Part shown: positions 1 to 7,872 of the stretch, piece after piece
How positions within the stretch are numbered: the stretch's first letter is position 1
How the letters are laid out: each line of letters opens with the position of its first letter
Source of the DNA: Lachnospiraceae bacterium
Lineage (GTDB): Bacteria > Bacillota > Clostridia > Lachnospirales > Lachnospiraceae
Assembly (NCBI GenBank): GCA_024685005.1
Contig: JAIKWF010000048.1
Coordinates: 5,470-69,469, forward strand
DNA: 64,000 nt
Direction of reading: 5' to 3'
The notes under the pieces: generated by a model
What the model saw: only the letters and a program-made list of their open reading frames with translations
What the model was told of the DNA's origin: nothing
Database searches by the model: none
Program-made: the position numbers and the translations under genes

Positions 1-1233
1 AACAGGGCGTTGTTCGATCAGTTTATGCAGATCCACGAACTGGCCATCCGAAGCATTGCGGTAACGGATGAAGAGATGTTTGATGTCTTCATTGATTCCC
101 TGCTGTTCCATACCACAAAGGGGTATGTGACAGGCCGGGACTTAAAGCTGATGCATGAAGAGCTGGTGTATGCGGGGATGATGGAATATAAGCATCTGTC
201 CCAGATCTTTATGGCCCAAAACAAGCTTCTTATTGATGTGGGATATGTTTATACCATGGAGCTGTTAAGCCGCCTTTCCGAAAAAACAGGGCTGGATCCG
301 GTAAAGGTGTTTGCAATTTATCAGGCAATCCTGAAACTCAGTGATGCGATCATCGATCAAAAGGGAAGTGATCCTTACCACTACAATGTGCTTTGGCGGT
401 ATAAATGGCTTCTGGGAGATGGCTGGGAGTTTTATCAGGTGACGACGCCGCAGTTTGAGAAACTGTTACAGGATTCGGTTATTCGATACAAAAAGGCAGG
501 TTACACCTTTCGGTCCCTTTATATGAGCGCCGTGGAGTACTACTACGATATAGATGATGAAAAGGCAAAGGAGTACTATCAGCTGTATTTAACCCAGAAA
601 AGGGATTCCATGACAGACTGCGCTGCCTGCGAGATTTCCAGCGAGATCGGTTATGATCTGCACTTGGATAAGTATTCCGAGGCAAGAAAAAAAGCCGAAA
701 ATGTTATATCGGGCCGTCTGAACTGCACGGTACAGCCCTATAGCGTGTATTGCACTCTGATAGACTATGCCGTGGAAAAACAGCTGTATGGAAAGATGCT
801 GCCGGCCGGCCTTGGAGAGGAGCTTGCGGGATTTGCCGCAGATGCCAGAAAGGCCATTGTCAAAATGGGACTTTTAAAGGTGAATACCGGTCTTTTGCTG
901 CAGTATTACGCCTTGTTTGAGCCAAATAAAGCCATCAATCTGCTCAAGCAGTTCCCCGATTTTACGGAGACAGTTGTTTCCCCCCTGGCAAGATTTAAAT
1001 TTGCCCTCGGCATGATGCTGTTTATTCAGAGACTGGGAAATAAAAAGACCTACAAGATGAAGATCGATTCCAGATTTCCGTTTTATAATCCGGAAAATGT
1101 ATACGAGCCGGCTAAGATGTATGACTATTACGAGGGAATCGCCCGTCAGATCGCAGAGGATTTTTACAAGTCACAGGGAAGGGTAATTCTGAAAAAATAC
1201 TTTGAAAAAGTAAGCCTGCGGAAAGAAAACTAA
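1..1233 (+). CDS. hypothetical protein, probably 5'-truncated by the window edge
   Basis: Frame 1 is open from nt 1; the track start at 10 is only the first TTG. More than 407 aa, with no motif I recognise. The stop overlaps the end of the convergent kinase gene by 4 nt. Confidence 0.5.
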   Translation, partial: NRALFDQFMQIHELAIRSIAVTDEEMFDVFIDSLLFHTTKGYVTGRDLKLMHEELVYAGMMEYKHLSQIFMAQNKLLIDVGYVYTMELLSRLSEKTGLDPVKVFAIYQAILKLSDAIIDQKGSDPYHYNVLWRYKWLLGDGWEFYQVTTPQFEKLLQDSVIRYKKAGYTFRSLYMSAVEYYYDIDDEKAKEYYQLYLTQKRDSMTDCAACEISSEIGYDLHLDKYSEARKKAENVISGRLNCTVQPYSVYCTLIDYAVEKQLYGKMLPAGLGEELAGFAADARKAIVKMGLLKVNTGLLLQYYALFEPNKAINLLKQFPDFTETVVSPLARFKFALGMMLFIQRLGNKKTYKMKIDSRFPFYNPENVYEPAKMYDYYEGIARQIAEDFYKSQGRVILKKYFEKVSLRKEN

Positions 1234-2123
1234 AACTGTATGGTGATAGACAGCTTTCCGTTATCATAATCGGCATCCAGAGCGCAGTTCATTCGCTCGG
1301 CAAAGAGCTTTACAATGGACAACCCCAGACCGGTGGAATTGTTTCTGCCGTTTTCCACGGTGAAAAACCGGTCAAACAGTTTGTTGACATCCACGGTGGA
1401 AAGATTCTGCGCAGAGTTGGTGATCCGAAGAAGAGCATTATCTGTCAGTGTCACCTCCAGATCGCCATCGCTGTATTTTACGGCGTTGTTTAAAAGATTC
1501 GTGATGATGCGCTCCACATAGGAAGGATAAAGCGTCCGCTGCACCGGATTTTCCGTAATGTGTAAAACAGGCTCGATCCCCCGACGGGTAAAGTCGGGAT
1601 AAAAATTCATGATACAGTCCTCGAGAACATGTCCGATGTTCACGGGGACTTTTTCTTCGCGGATCTCTTCCGTGGAAAGAACGGAAAACTCAAAGAGTTC
1701 CTCCGTAAGTTTTTTCATGTGGATGGCCCGGTCTTTGATGATGGCAAGATTTTTTTCCGCTTCCTCACAAAGAGTCAGATCATCGCAAAGCTCCAGATAG
1801 CCTAAGATGGCGGTCAGGGGAGTGCGCAGGTCGTGGGCGATATTGGTGATGGCGGTTTTGACCTCCTTATCACCTCTTACGTATTTGTGATAGGCGCCTC
1901 GCAGATTGGAAAGCTGCTCATTCATGGTGATGGCCAGAGACAAAATGTCCCGATCCCGGCTCTGTACCCGAAGCGTGGTATTAGTATCCAGCATAAAGGA
2001 GCCCCGCTGGTAAAAACCGGTGCGAAGCTCCCGCAGGGATAATTTCATGGCCAGGATCTTGCAGGCCAGAAACACGTTGATCAGGATACTGATGATCAGT
2101 AGATAGTTCACAAAATAGCTCAT
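1230..2123 (-). CDS. sensor histidine kinase, intramembrane-sensing architecture
   Basis: H-box HDLRTPLTAILGYLE, N-box ITNLLNNAVKYS, G-box STGLGLSIVK. One N-terminal hydrophobic helix (YLLIISILINVFLACKILA) runs straight into the DHp domain, with no extracytoplasmic sensor domain. Confidence 0.85.
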   Translation of the reverse strand: MSYFVNYLLIISILINVFLACKILAMKLSLRELRTGFYQRGSFMLDTNTTLRVQSRDRDILSLAITMNEQLSNLRGAYHKYVRGDKEVKTAITNIAHDLRTPLTAILGYLELCDDLTLCEEAEKNLAIIKDRAIHMKKLTEELFEFSVLSTEEIREEKVPVNIGHVLEDCIMNFYPDFTRRGIEPVLHITENPVQRTLYPSYVERIITNLLNNAVKYSDGDLEVTLTDNALLRITNSAQNLSTVDVNKLFDRFFTVENGRNNSTGLGLSIVKLFAERMNCALDADYDNGKLSITIQF

Positions 2124-2185
2124 AAAATGCCCTCGTTTTCAAATTAACGCCTGTCGGTGATACCTGTCATTATAGCATATTCAGA

Positions 2186-3466
2186 CTAATAGTGCAGGGG
2201 GCGGATGGGAGTGCAGTCATAGTAATACAGGATGGCGTCAAACCGGTCTGCAGGTACGATGCGGTAGCGGTCCGCTTTGCCGATATCATTTAAAGGGCTG
2301 TAGCCTTCTCCGATCATGCCGAAAAAGCAGGGAGAGTGCAGGAGGTGATACAGGCGGGAGGTTTCATCCGCAATACTGCCAAGATCCAGACAGTATCTTC
2401 CACCCTCGAAAAAGCGGGCCTGATAGGCCAGGGGATCATCGCTGCAATAGCTGTGATCCAGCCGCTCATATTTCTCGTCAAAGGTTCCTGCGGTGTGAAT
2501 GTTAACGATGGTGTTGTAGTACTCCGTTCCGATGCTGTAATAGCTTCCTTCAAAGAGTCTGTTGATCCGCTCTCCCATAGTAAGGTCCGTATCGCTCCCG
2601 CCCATGGAAGAGGAGCCTTTCATGGTATGACCGTTGTGGGCGGTGATAACAACCTGGGAATACCCCCGGACTTCTTCCAGCCGGGAATACTGCTGCAGAT
2701 TCAGCGCCATACAGTTGTCCCTGTGATTGCCGTATGCACCGGGATTTTTTTCAAAATTCGGTGCATCGGCGCTTTGCAGGATCACATTGGTTAGCACCGC
2801 TAACTGTTTTTCACGAAGGCTTTCTGCTGCCGAAAAACGTTTTGTCAAAGCTTCAAAGAAATCCCTGTCTTTGATAAATTCCGATCCTTCGGTATCATAG
2901 GATAAAATCCGCTCCGCTTCTTCTTTGGAAAAGAAGTCGCATCCCTTTTGGCAGAGCTGCTGCAGATAGACTACGGACTGATAAGCGCCCTGCATATCCA
3001 CGCCGTAGAACATAAGGGACTCTTCATAGGGCAGGTCGTGATTGTATTCCCGCATCCATTCCAGAAGATCCACAATCTGCTGCGTATCATAGATGGGATA
3101 ATCCATGGTGCTGATCAGATCACTCAGATCCGTTTCATTTTCGTGAATGGCATCGTTGATCCGGGCCCCCTGACCTACCGACAGCTCAAAGCTGATGGAA
3201 CGACCGCAGCCACAGTCTACCACTTTTTCAAGCACTTCTTTTTTGGCGGTCTGGAATTCACAGTTGCCGTGGGTGGCTTCTCCGATGCCGATGACGCGGA
3301 CATCTTTCGGAATGGTAAATTCCGAAAAGGATTTGCCGGCCTCTTCGATGCCGGAGATTTTCTTTTCCGGATCAAAAAAGTTTCCGAAGCGGAGAATGGA
3401 CAATGCTGCCACAAACAGCAGCACAGCTGTGAAGATCAGAGCGGTGATGTTTTTATATTGTTTCAT
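2186..3466 (-). CDS. membrane-anchored erythromycin-esterase / ChaN / TIKI-superfamily hydrolase
   Basis: IGIGEATHGNCEF motif typical of Ere-family proteins. N-terminal TM anchor ITALIFTAVLLFVAALSIL. Start placed at MKQYK (ATG 3466) rather than the track start 3523, which overlaps the upstream permease. Confidence 0.7.
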   Translation of the reverse strand: MKQYKNITALIFTAVLLFVAALSILRFGNFFDPEKKISGIEEAGKSFSEFTIPKDVRVIGIGEATHGNCEFQTAKKEVLEKVVDCGCGRSISFELSVGQGARINDAIHENETDLSDLISTMDYPIYDTQQIVDLLEWMREYNHDLPYEESLMFYGVDMQGAYQSVVYLQQLCQKGCDFFSKEEAERILSYDTEGSEFIKDRDFFEALTKRFSAAESLREKQLAVLTNVILQSADAPNFEKNPGAYGNHRDNCMALNLQQYSRLEEVRGYSQVVITAHNGHTMKGSSSMGGSDTDLTMGERINRLFEGSYYSIGTEYYNTIVNIHTAGTFDEKYERLDHSYCSDDPLAYQARFFEGGRYCLDLGSIADETSRLYHLLHSPCFFGMIGEGYSPLNDIGKADRYRIVPADRFDAILYYYDCTPIRPLHY

Positions 3467-3503
3467 GATTTTGCCTTTCTGTTTTCGGTTCTGTTTATGA
3501 TTC

Positions 3504-4238
3504 TTACAGAAGATCCCTGTCATTGAGCTTTATGGTTCCCACAAGGGAGGTAAGCAGGATGACGACAAGAGAGATCAGGATCTGGATGGGGGCGCCGGGA
3601 TTGGCAGCCTCATCCGCAAATCCGCACATGGAAAAATACTGTCCCAGAGCGGAGATGTTATAAAGGATGGCACAGGGGAGAACAGAGCTCCCCTCGGCAT
3701 ACATGATCATCAGATTGCCCATCATGACCCCGGTAAAGCAGGCCTGGAATAAAAGGGTAGCTGTGATCACAAGGGGAATCAGTTTGCGGAGCCGGAAGGA
3801 AATAAGCTGCATGGTGGATACATAATTCAGAACCGCAAAGAGAATGACTGCATTATACACAACATATTTGCCGCTAAGTCTTGCGCCTCCAAGGATACCG
3901 CCGACCATGTAAGCGCCCCACATGATAACAGCGCTTGTCATATTTGCAAACAGATAACCGAAATAGATCTGTGTCTGCCGATAGCCGGCGATCACTTTAT
4001 TGCGGATCACACCGTCGCTGTATTCGATGTTGGTAAAAACCGGTGTGAAGATGGTGTAAAAGGCCACCATTGCCGCACTTACAAAGAACATTTTCTGATG
4101 GGGCTGTGCATTTTGCAAAAAGGGAAACAGCACCGTTTTGGAAGAAGCAAAGGTACCGATCAGTGCGATCACAAGTCCCAGCAGATAGAAAATATGAAGA
4201 AAAGAACGTTTTACATTTGCTTTATAAAGGTTGAACAT
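3504..4238 (-). CDS. ABC-2 type transporter permease
   Basis: 244 aa polytopic membrane protein (about 6 hydrophobic segments), directly downstream of a second permease and an ABC ATPase. Confidence 0.7.
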   Translation of the reverse strand: MFNLYKANVKRSFLHIFYLLGLVIALIGTFASSKTVLFPFLQNAQPHQKMFFVSAAMVAFYTIFTPVFTNIEYSDGVIRNKVIAGYRQTQIYFGYLFANMTSAVIMWGAYMVGGILGGARLSGKYVVYNAVILFAVLNYVSTMQLISFRLRKLIPLVITATLLFQACFTGVMMGNLMIMYAEGSSVLPCAILYNISALGQYFSMCGFADEAANPGAPIQILISLVVILLTSLVGTIKLNDRDLL

Positions 4239-4264
4239 GAGAGTATCCTTTCTGATTTATGTTT

Positions 4265-5032
4265 TTACTGTAATTCTTTCCGGTTAAAAAGGATCAGTCC
4301 GATCACAAGAGACAGGATGATCAGTCCGGCGCTTCCTGCCATATAATCCGTAAAGGGCCTGTGAGGGCGGAAGCTTAACTGGGTATAAGGTACGAACCGG
4401 TCAATAAAGTTGTATACTGCTAACTTTGCACCCGTAAGACGGCAATGCCCTTTTTCGGGATACAGCTTATCTAGTACGCTCAGACTCATGATCTTCATGA
4501 AGGTTGCAATGAAAAGCCCCAGGATATAAGAAGCCTTTTTACCGCCGAAGATCATGATCAGCATGGTGGTAAAAACACCGATGGATGCGCAGGCCATGGT
4601 GGTGATCAGCCAGTAATCCGCAACTTCGGGAATGGTGTAAGTCTGGTATTCTCCGGTAAGGAGCAGCCGGATCAGAAGTGCGGTGAGGCATCCCGTAAAG
4701 CTGTGGAGAACACCCTGAAAGCCCCCCATTACCGCAGCGGATAAGAAGATATCACTTCGCTTTGCGCCTGATATGATCTTGTTACGGATGCATCCGTCTG
4801 CGTATTCGCTCATGGTAAAAAGCAGCGTCCCGGCTGTTACCAGGAAAATGGCGATGGACTGGAATTGAAAGCATACCTGGTCCGCAAAAAGCCTTTCATG
4901 GTAGAAGATTTGGGAAATCGCCATGAGGAAAAGGGTTATGACCAGCGGATAAAAAACATTTACCGACAATGTTGCGAGAAAACCCCGGTCATGAGCGAGC
5001 TTTCGCATATCGGAATACAGGATTCTAAACAT
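4265..5032 (-). CDS. ABC-2 type transporter permease
   Basis: Polytopic membrane protein. Start moved to MFRILYSD (ATG 5032), which has GGGAGG about 8 nt upstream and overlaps the ATPase stop. The track start 5107 lies inside the ATPase gene. Confidence 0.7.
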   Translation of the reverse strand: MFRILYSDMRKLAHDRGFLATLSVNVFYPLVITLFLMAISQIFYHERLFADQVCFQFQSIAIFLVTAGTLLFTMSEYADGCIRNKIISGAKRSDIFLSAAVMGGFQGVLHSFTGCLTALLIRLLLTGEYQTYTIPEVADYWLITTMACASIGVFTTMLIMIFGGKKASYILGLFIATFMKIMSLSVLDKLYPEKGHCRLTGAKLAVYNFIDRFVPYTQLSFRPHRPFTDYMAGSAGLIILSLVIGLILFNRKELQ

Positions 5033-5939
5033 TCTCATTTCCTCCCAGAAGAGACAGGTAAAAGGCTTCCAGACTTTCGTCGTGTTCTTCCATGGTTCGG
5101 ATCTCACAGCCTACCTGCTCACAGATCTTGGCCATTTCCGAAAAGTTGATCTGTCCGTAAACATCTGCCTGATTGGCATCCAGAATCTTGTATTCCAGAT
5201 TTTTTTCTTCCAGAGCTTTTGCTAAAAGTTTGGTATCGCTAACTGTCATGCGGTTGGATTTGCGGCATTCTGCTTTCAGCTCATCGCTGCTCATCTGGCG
5301 TACGATGCGGCCTTTATCGATAAAACCGTAGTGGGTTGCCAGCTTGGAAAGCTCATCCAGAATATGGCTGGAGATCAGGAAGGTGATGCCTCGTTCGTGG
5401 TTCAGCTTCAGGATCAGTTCCCGGATTTCAATGATACCCTGGGGATCCAGTCCGTTGGTGGGTTCGTCCAGAATGATAAAGTCGGGATTGCCGCAAAGAG
5501 CGATGGCCAGTCCCAGGCGCTGCCGCATACCCAGGGAAAAGTTCTTGGCCCTCTTTTTTCCCGTATCGGAAAGCCCTACCAAGGCAAGGAGCTCATCCAC
5601 GCAGGAGAAATCCGGAAGGCCCAGCATCAGGCATTGCTGGATCATATTGTCTTTTGCGCTTAAGTCTTTATAGATGGCAGGAGATTCCACAACCGCTCCC
5701 ATTCTGGCTCTTGCACTTGTGATCTCGGGGGAATCGTTTTTGATCCCCATCAGTTCAAAGGAACCGGCGGTGGGTTTTTGCAGCCCGCAAAGCAGGCGGA
5801 TGGTTGTGGTCTTGCCGGCACCGTTCTTGCCGACGAAGCCGTATATAGAACCTTTGGGGATCTCCATGTTCAGTCCCGTCAGAGCCTCAAAGGTGCCGTA
5901 TTTTTTCTGCAGATCGTTACTTTTAAAAACGTATTCCAT
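5025..5939 (-). CDS. ABC transporter ATP-binding protein
   Basis: Walker A GKNGAGKTT, signature FSLGMRQRL, Walker B FIILDEPTNGLD. Start at MEYVFKSNDL (ATG 5939), with AAAGGA 7 nt upstream. Confidence 0.9.
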   Translation of the reverse strand: MEYVFKSNDLQKKYGTFEALTGLNMEIPKGSIYGFVGKNGAGKTTTIRLLCGLQKPTAGSFELMGIKNDSPEITSARARMGAVVESPAIYKDLSAKDNMIQQCLMLGLPDFSCVDELLALVGLSDTGKKRAKNFSLGMRQRLGLAIALCGNPDFIILDEPTNGLDPQGIIEIRELILKLNHERGITFLISSHILDELSKLATHYGFIDKGRIVRQMSSDELKAECRKSNRMTVSDTKLLAKALEEKNLEYKILDANQADVYGQINFSEMAKICEQVGCEIRTMEEHDESLEAFYLSLLGGNENV

Positions 5940-5998
5940 GTTGTGATCCTTTCTTTTGAAGTGCGATTGAATTGGGCGTTTTCCCTTGCCCGAGAAAA

Positions 5999-6056
5999 AA
6001 TATACCACTTCCGGGTCAAGGAAGTGGTAAAGGAATCGTCAAGATATGGTCAAGAT
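5999..6056 (-). promoter_or_regulatory. candidate response-regulator box plus extended -10 promoter for the ABC genes
   Basis: On the minus strand, a direct repeat ATCTTGAC-N3-ATCTTGAC (6056-6049 and 6045-6038, 11-bp period) abuts the RR stop codon. A third CTTGAC lies at 6020-6015. An extended -10 TGgTATATT lies at 6007-5999, about 55 nt upstream of ATG 5939. There is no good -35. Confidence 0.4.
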
Positions 6057-6757
6057 TATACGGAAAGCTTAAAACCGATGCCGTAGATGGCTTCGATATG
6101 GTCCGTGCCGTCCAGTGTTTCCAGCTTTTTACGCAGGTTGCTGACGTGTTGTTTCAGGGATCGTTCGGTACAGTCCGGGGTATTATCGCTGATCCGATCC
6201 AGGATGGTGCTGCGGCTCAGGGGCCTGTTGGGATTTTGCATCAGGATCTGCAGGATAGCGGCCTCGGTTCTGGTAAGTGATACTTCCCTGTCATTGGCGG
6301 ATACGCAAAACAGGGATGGATCCAGGGTAAAGATCCCTGCCCGGAGCAGACCGTCTGACTCTTCGGCGGCAGCATTTTGCCCGTTTTTTATGCCGGATAA
6401 GCGAAGCAGGGCAGAGATCCTTGCCATCAGCTCAGCAATGACGAAGGGCTTGGTCACATAGTCACTGGCACCGTCGTATAAGAGCTTTACTTTATTTTCC
6501 AGATCTGTTTTGGCGCTCATGACAATGGTGAGGATTCCGGAAAGGCGGGGCAGCAGCTCTTCCCCGGAAAGGCCGGGAAGCATGAGGTCCAAAAGGATCA
6601 GGTCCGGCCGCTCTTTTTCCAGGATCATCAAAGCCTCGGTGCCGGAATAGGCCCGAAGCACCCGGTAGGAAGCTTTTTGCAGCGCTTCCTGCAGCATATT
6701 TCCGATGGTCACATCATCATCGATCACCATGATGGTATACTGTTTTTCACCTGTCAT
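6056..6757 (-). CDS. OmpR-family response regulator
   Basis: Receiver domain (VIDDD, LILLDLMLPGLSG, SAKTD) plus a C-terminal winged-helix output domain (EVSLTRTEAAILQIL, IEAIYGIGFKL). Confidence 0.9.
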   Translation of the reverse strand: MTGEKQYTIMVIDDDVTIGNMLQEALQKASYRVLRAYSGTEALMILEKERPDLILLDLMLPGLSGEELLPRLSGILTIVMSAKTDLENKVKLLYDGASDYVTKPFVIAELMARISALLRLSGIKNGQNAAAEESDGLLRAGIFTLDPSLFCVSANDREVSLTRTEAAILQILMQNPNRPLSRSTILDRISDNTPDCTERSLKQHVSNLRKKLETLDGTDHIEAIYGIGFKLSV

Positions 6758-7023
6758 GAATCATACCTCGCAGTTTTCTTTGGATTTCGCCAAACAACAT
6801 CATATCATTTCAGCTCCGATTTTGATAGTTTTTTCTGCATTTCCTGTCACCCGGAGGTGCCGATATGGTATAGTAGAGCGGAATACAGATAAAAGGGAGC
6901 AGACCCATGCATAACGGAGTGGATTCCTTAAATGTGGCAGCTTCATCGGCGGTGGCATTCTGGGAGCTGTGCGGGAAGGGACGCAGAAACAGGGGCGACT
7001 GATATACAAAAGAGGAAAGCAGT

Positions 7024-7075
7024 TTCAGATGAACCGCTGGAGAAACAACTTCAGATGAACCACTGAGGAAACAGC
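7024..7075. repeat. 26-bp imperfect tandem direct repeat, two copies
   Basis: TTCAGATGAACCGCTGGAGAAACAAC followed directly by TTCAGATGAACCACTGAGGAAACAGC, in the ORF-free region upstream of the small Cys-rich ORF. Confidence 0.6.
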
Positions 7076-7114
7076 GGCAGATAACAGCAGCGGAAAAGTA
7101 AGCAGGAGATAACT

Positions 7115-7279
7115 ATGATCGATCTTATCATCGGAGCCGTTTTAGCAGTTTTGTTCATCGCGGCATGCATCACTGTTTTTCGGAATAAAAAAAAGGGCAG
7201 CCCATGTTGTGGCTGCCCCATGACAGGAAACTGTCAAAAGAAAAACGAACGATCAATCTGTGATTCCCGTGACCTTTGA
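7115..7279 (+). CDS. FeoB-associated Cys-rich small membrane protein family (54 aa)
   Basis: Not in the ORF track. RBS AGGAGA lies 6 nt upstream of the ATG. Product MIDLIIGAVLAVLFIAACITVFRNKKKGSPCCGCPMTGNCQKKNERSICDSRDL has one TM helix, a basic patch and a CCGC...C...C tail, the layout of that family. Its 3' end overlaps the convergent ECF gene by 27 nt. Confidence 0.6.
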   Translation: MIDLIIGAVLAVLFIAACITVFRNKKKGSPCCGCPMTGNCQKKNERSICDSRDL

Positions 7280-7777
7280 AAACAGGGAATGCAATCCGAA
7301 ATTCCAGCACAGGATCATGCCGAGAACGGCTCCTACCGTTGCCTGTGCGATCTCGTAAGGAAGCTTTATCATGGCATATTCGAAGGTGCTGTATACGTAG
7401 ATCTTACCCAGGGTATAACCCACAACCATGATCACGCCGCCTACGGTCACGCCAATACCGGAAGCAATCTTCGGGTGGTTTTTCAAGGTATAATGAGAGA
7501 TCAGAGAGATCACAACAGCCTGCAGTCCGTGGGTTACAAGAGAAACGAACATGGGCAGCGGGTAGAAGAGAAGATCTCCCAGGAAGGATCCGATACCGCC
7601 TACAAAAAAGGCATCCAGGGGATCCAGGATGATGGCAGCCAGACATATGACTACATCACAAAGATAAAGATGTCCGCCGGGAACGGGAACGCCGAAGGAG
7701 GACATGATGATATTTAAAGCCATAAATACGGCGGCGGAAGAAATTCGAATGGTTGCAAGTCGTTTTGTCTTTGTCAT
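7253..7777 (-). CDS. ECF transporter S component (substrate unknown)
   Basis: 174 aa, 5-6 TM small integral membrane protein with the size and pattern of ECF substrate-capture subunits. Divergent from a MocR-type regulator. Confidence 0.6.
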   Translation of the reverse strand: MTKTKRLATIRISSAAVFMALNIIMSSFGVPVPGGHLYLCDVVICLAAIILDPLDAFFVGGIGSFLGDLLFYPLPMFVSLVTHGLQAVVISLISHYTLKNHPKIASGIGVTVGGVIMVVGYTLGKIYVYSTFEYAMIKLPYEIAQATVGAVLGMILCWNFGLHSLFSKVTGITD

Positions 7778-7823
7778 TTTTCATTTGCTCCTTTACATTT
7801 GTTAGTTGAGAGTTTATCATAAA

Positions 7824-7872
7824 TCTGGATATGCGAAATAACCAGAATGGGAGAAAATGATATAACCAGATG
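7824..7872. promoter_or_regulatory. ATAACCAGA repeat set in the ECF-S / MocR divergent region (candidate MocR operator)
   Basis: ATAACCAGA occurs at 7838-7846 and 7862-7870 (24-bp period); the second copy overlaps the MocR ATG. An inverted, imperfect copy TCTGGATAT lies at 7824-7832. Confidence 0.35.

Noticed and set aside
6003-6030. Hairpin after the response-regulator gene as a simple terminator isolating it from the ABC genes
   Set aside because: The hairpin and its T-rich tail overlap the only plausible -10 element for the ABC genes and sit just downstream of the phased ATCTTGAC repeats. I treat the region as a combined regulatory site rather than a clean terminator. The two readings are not mutually exclusive.
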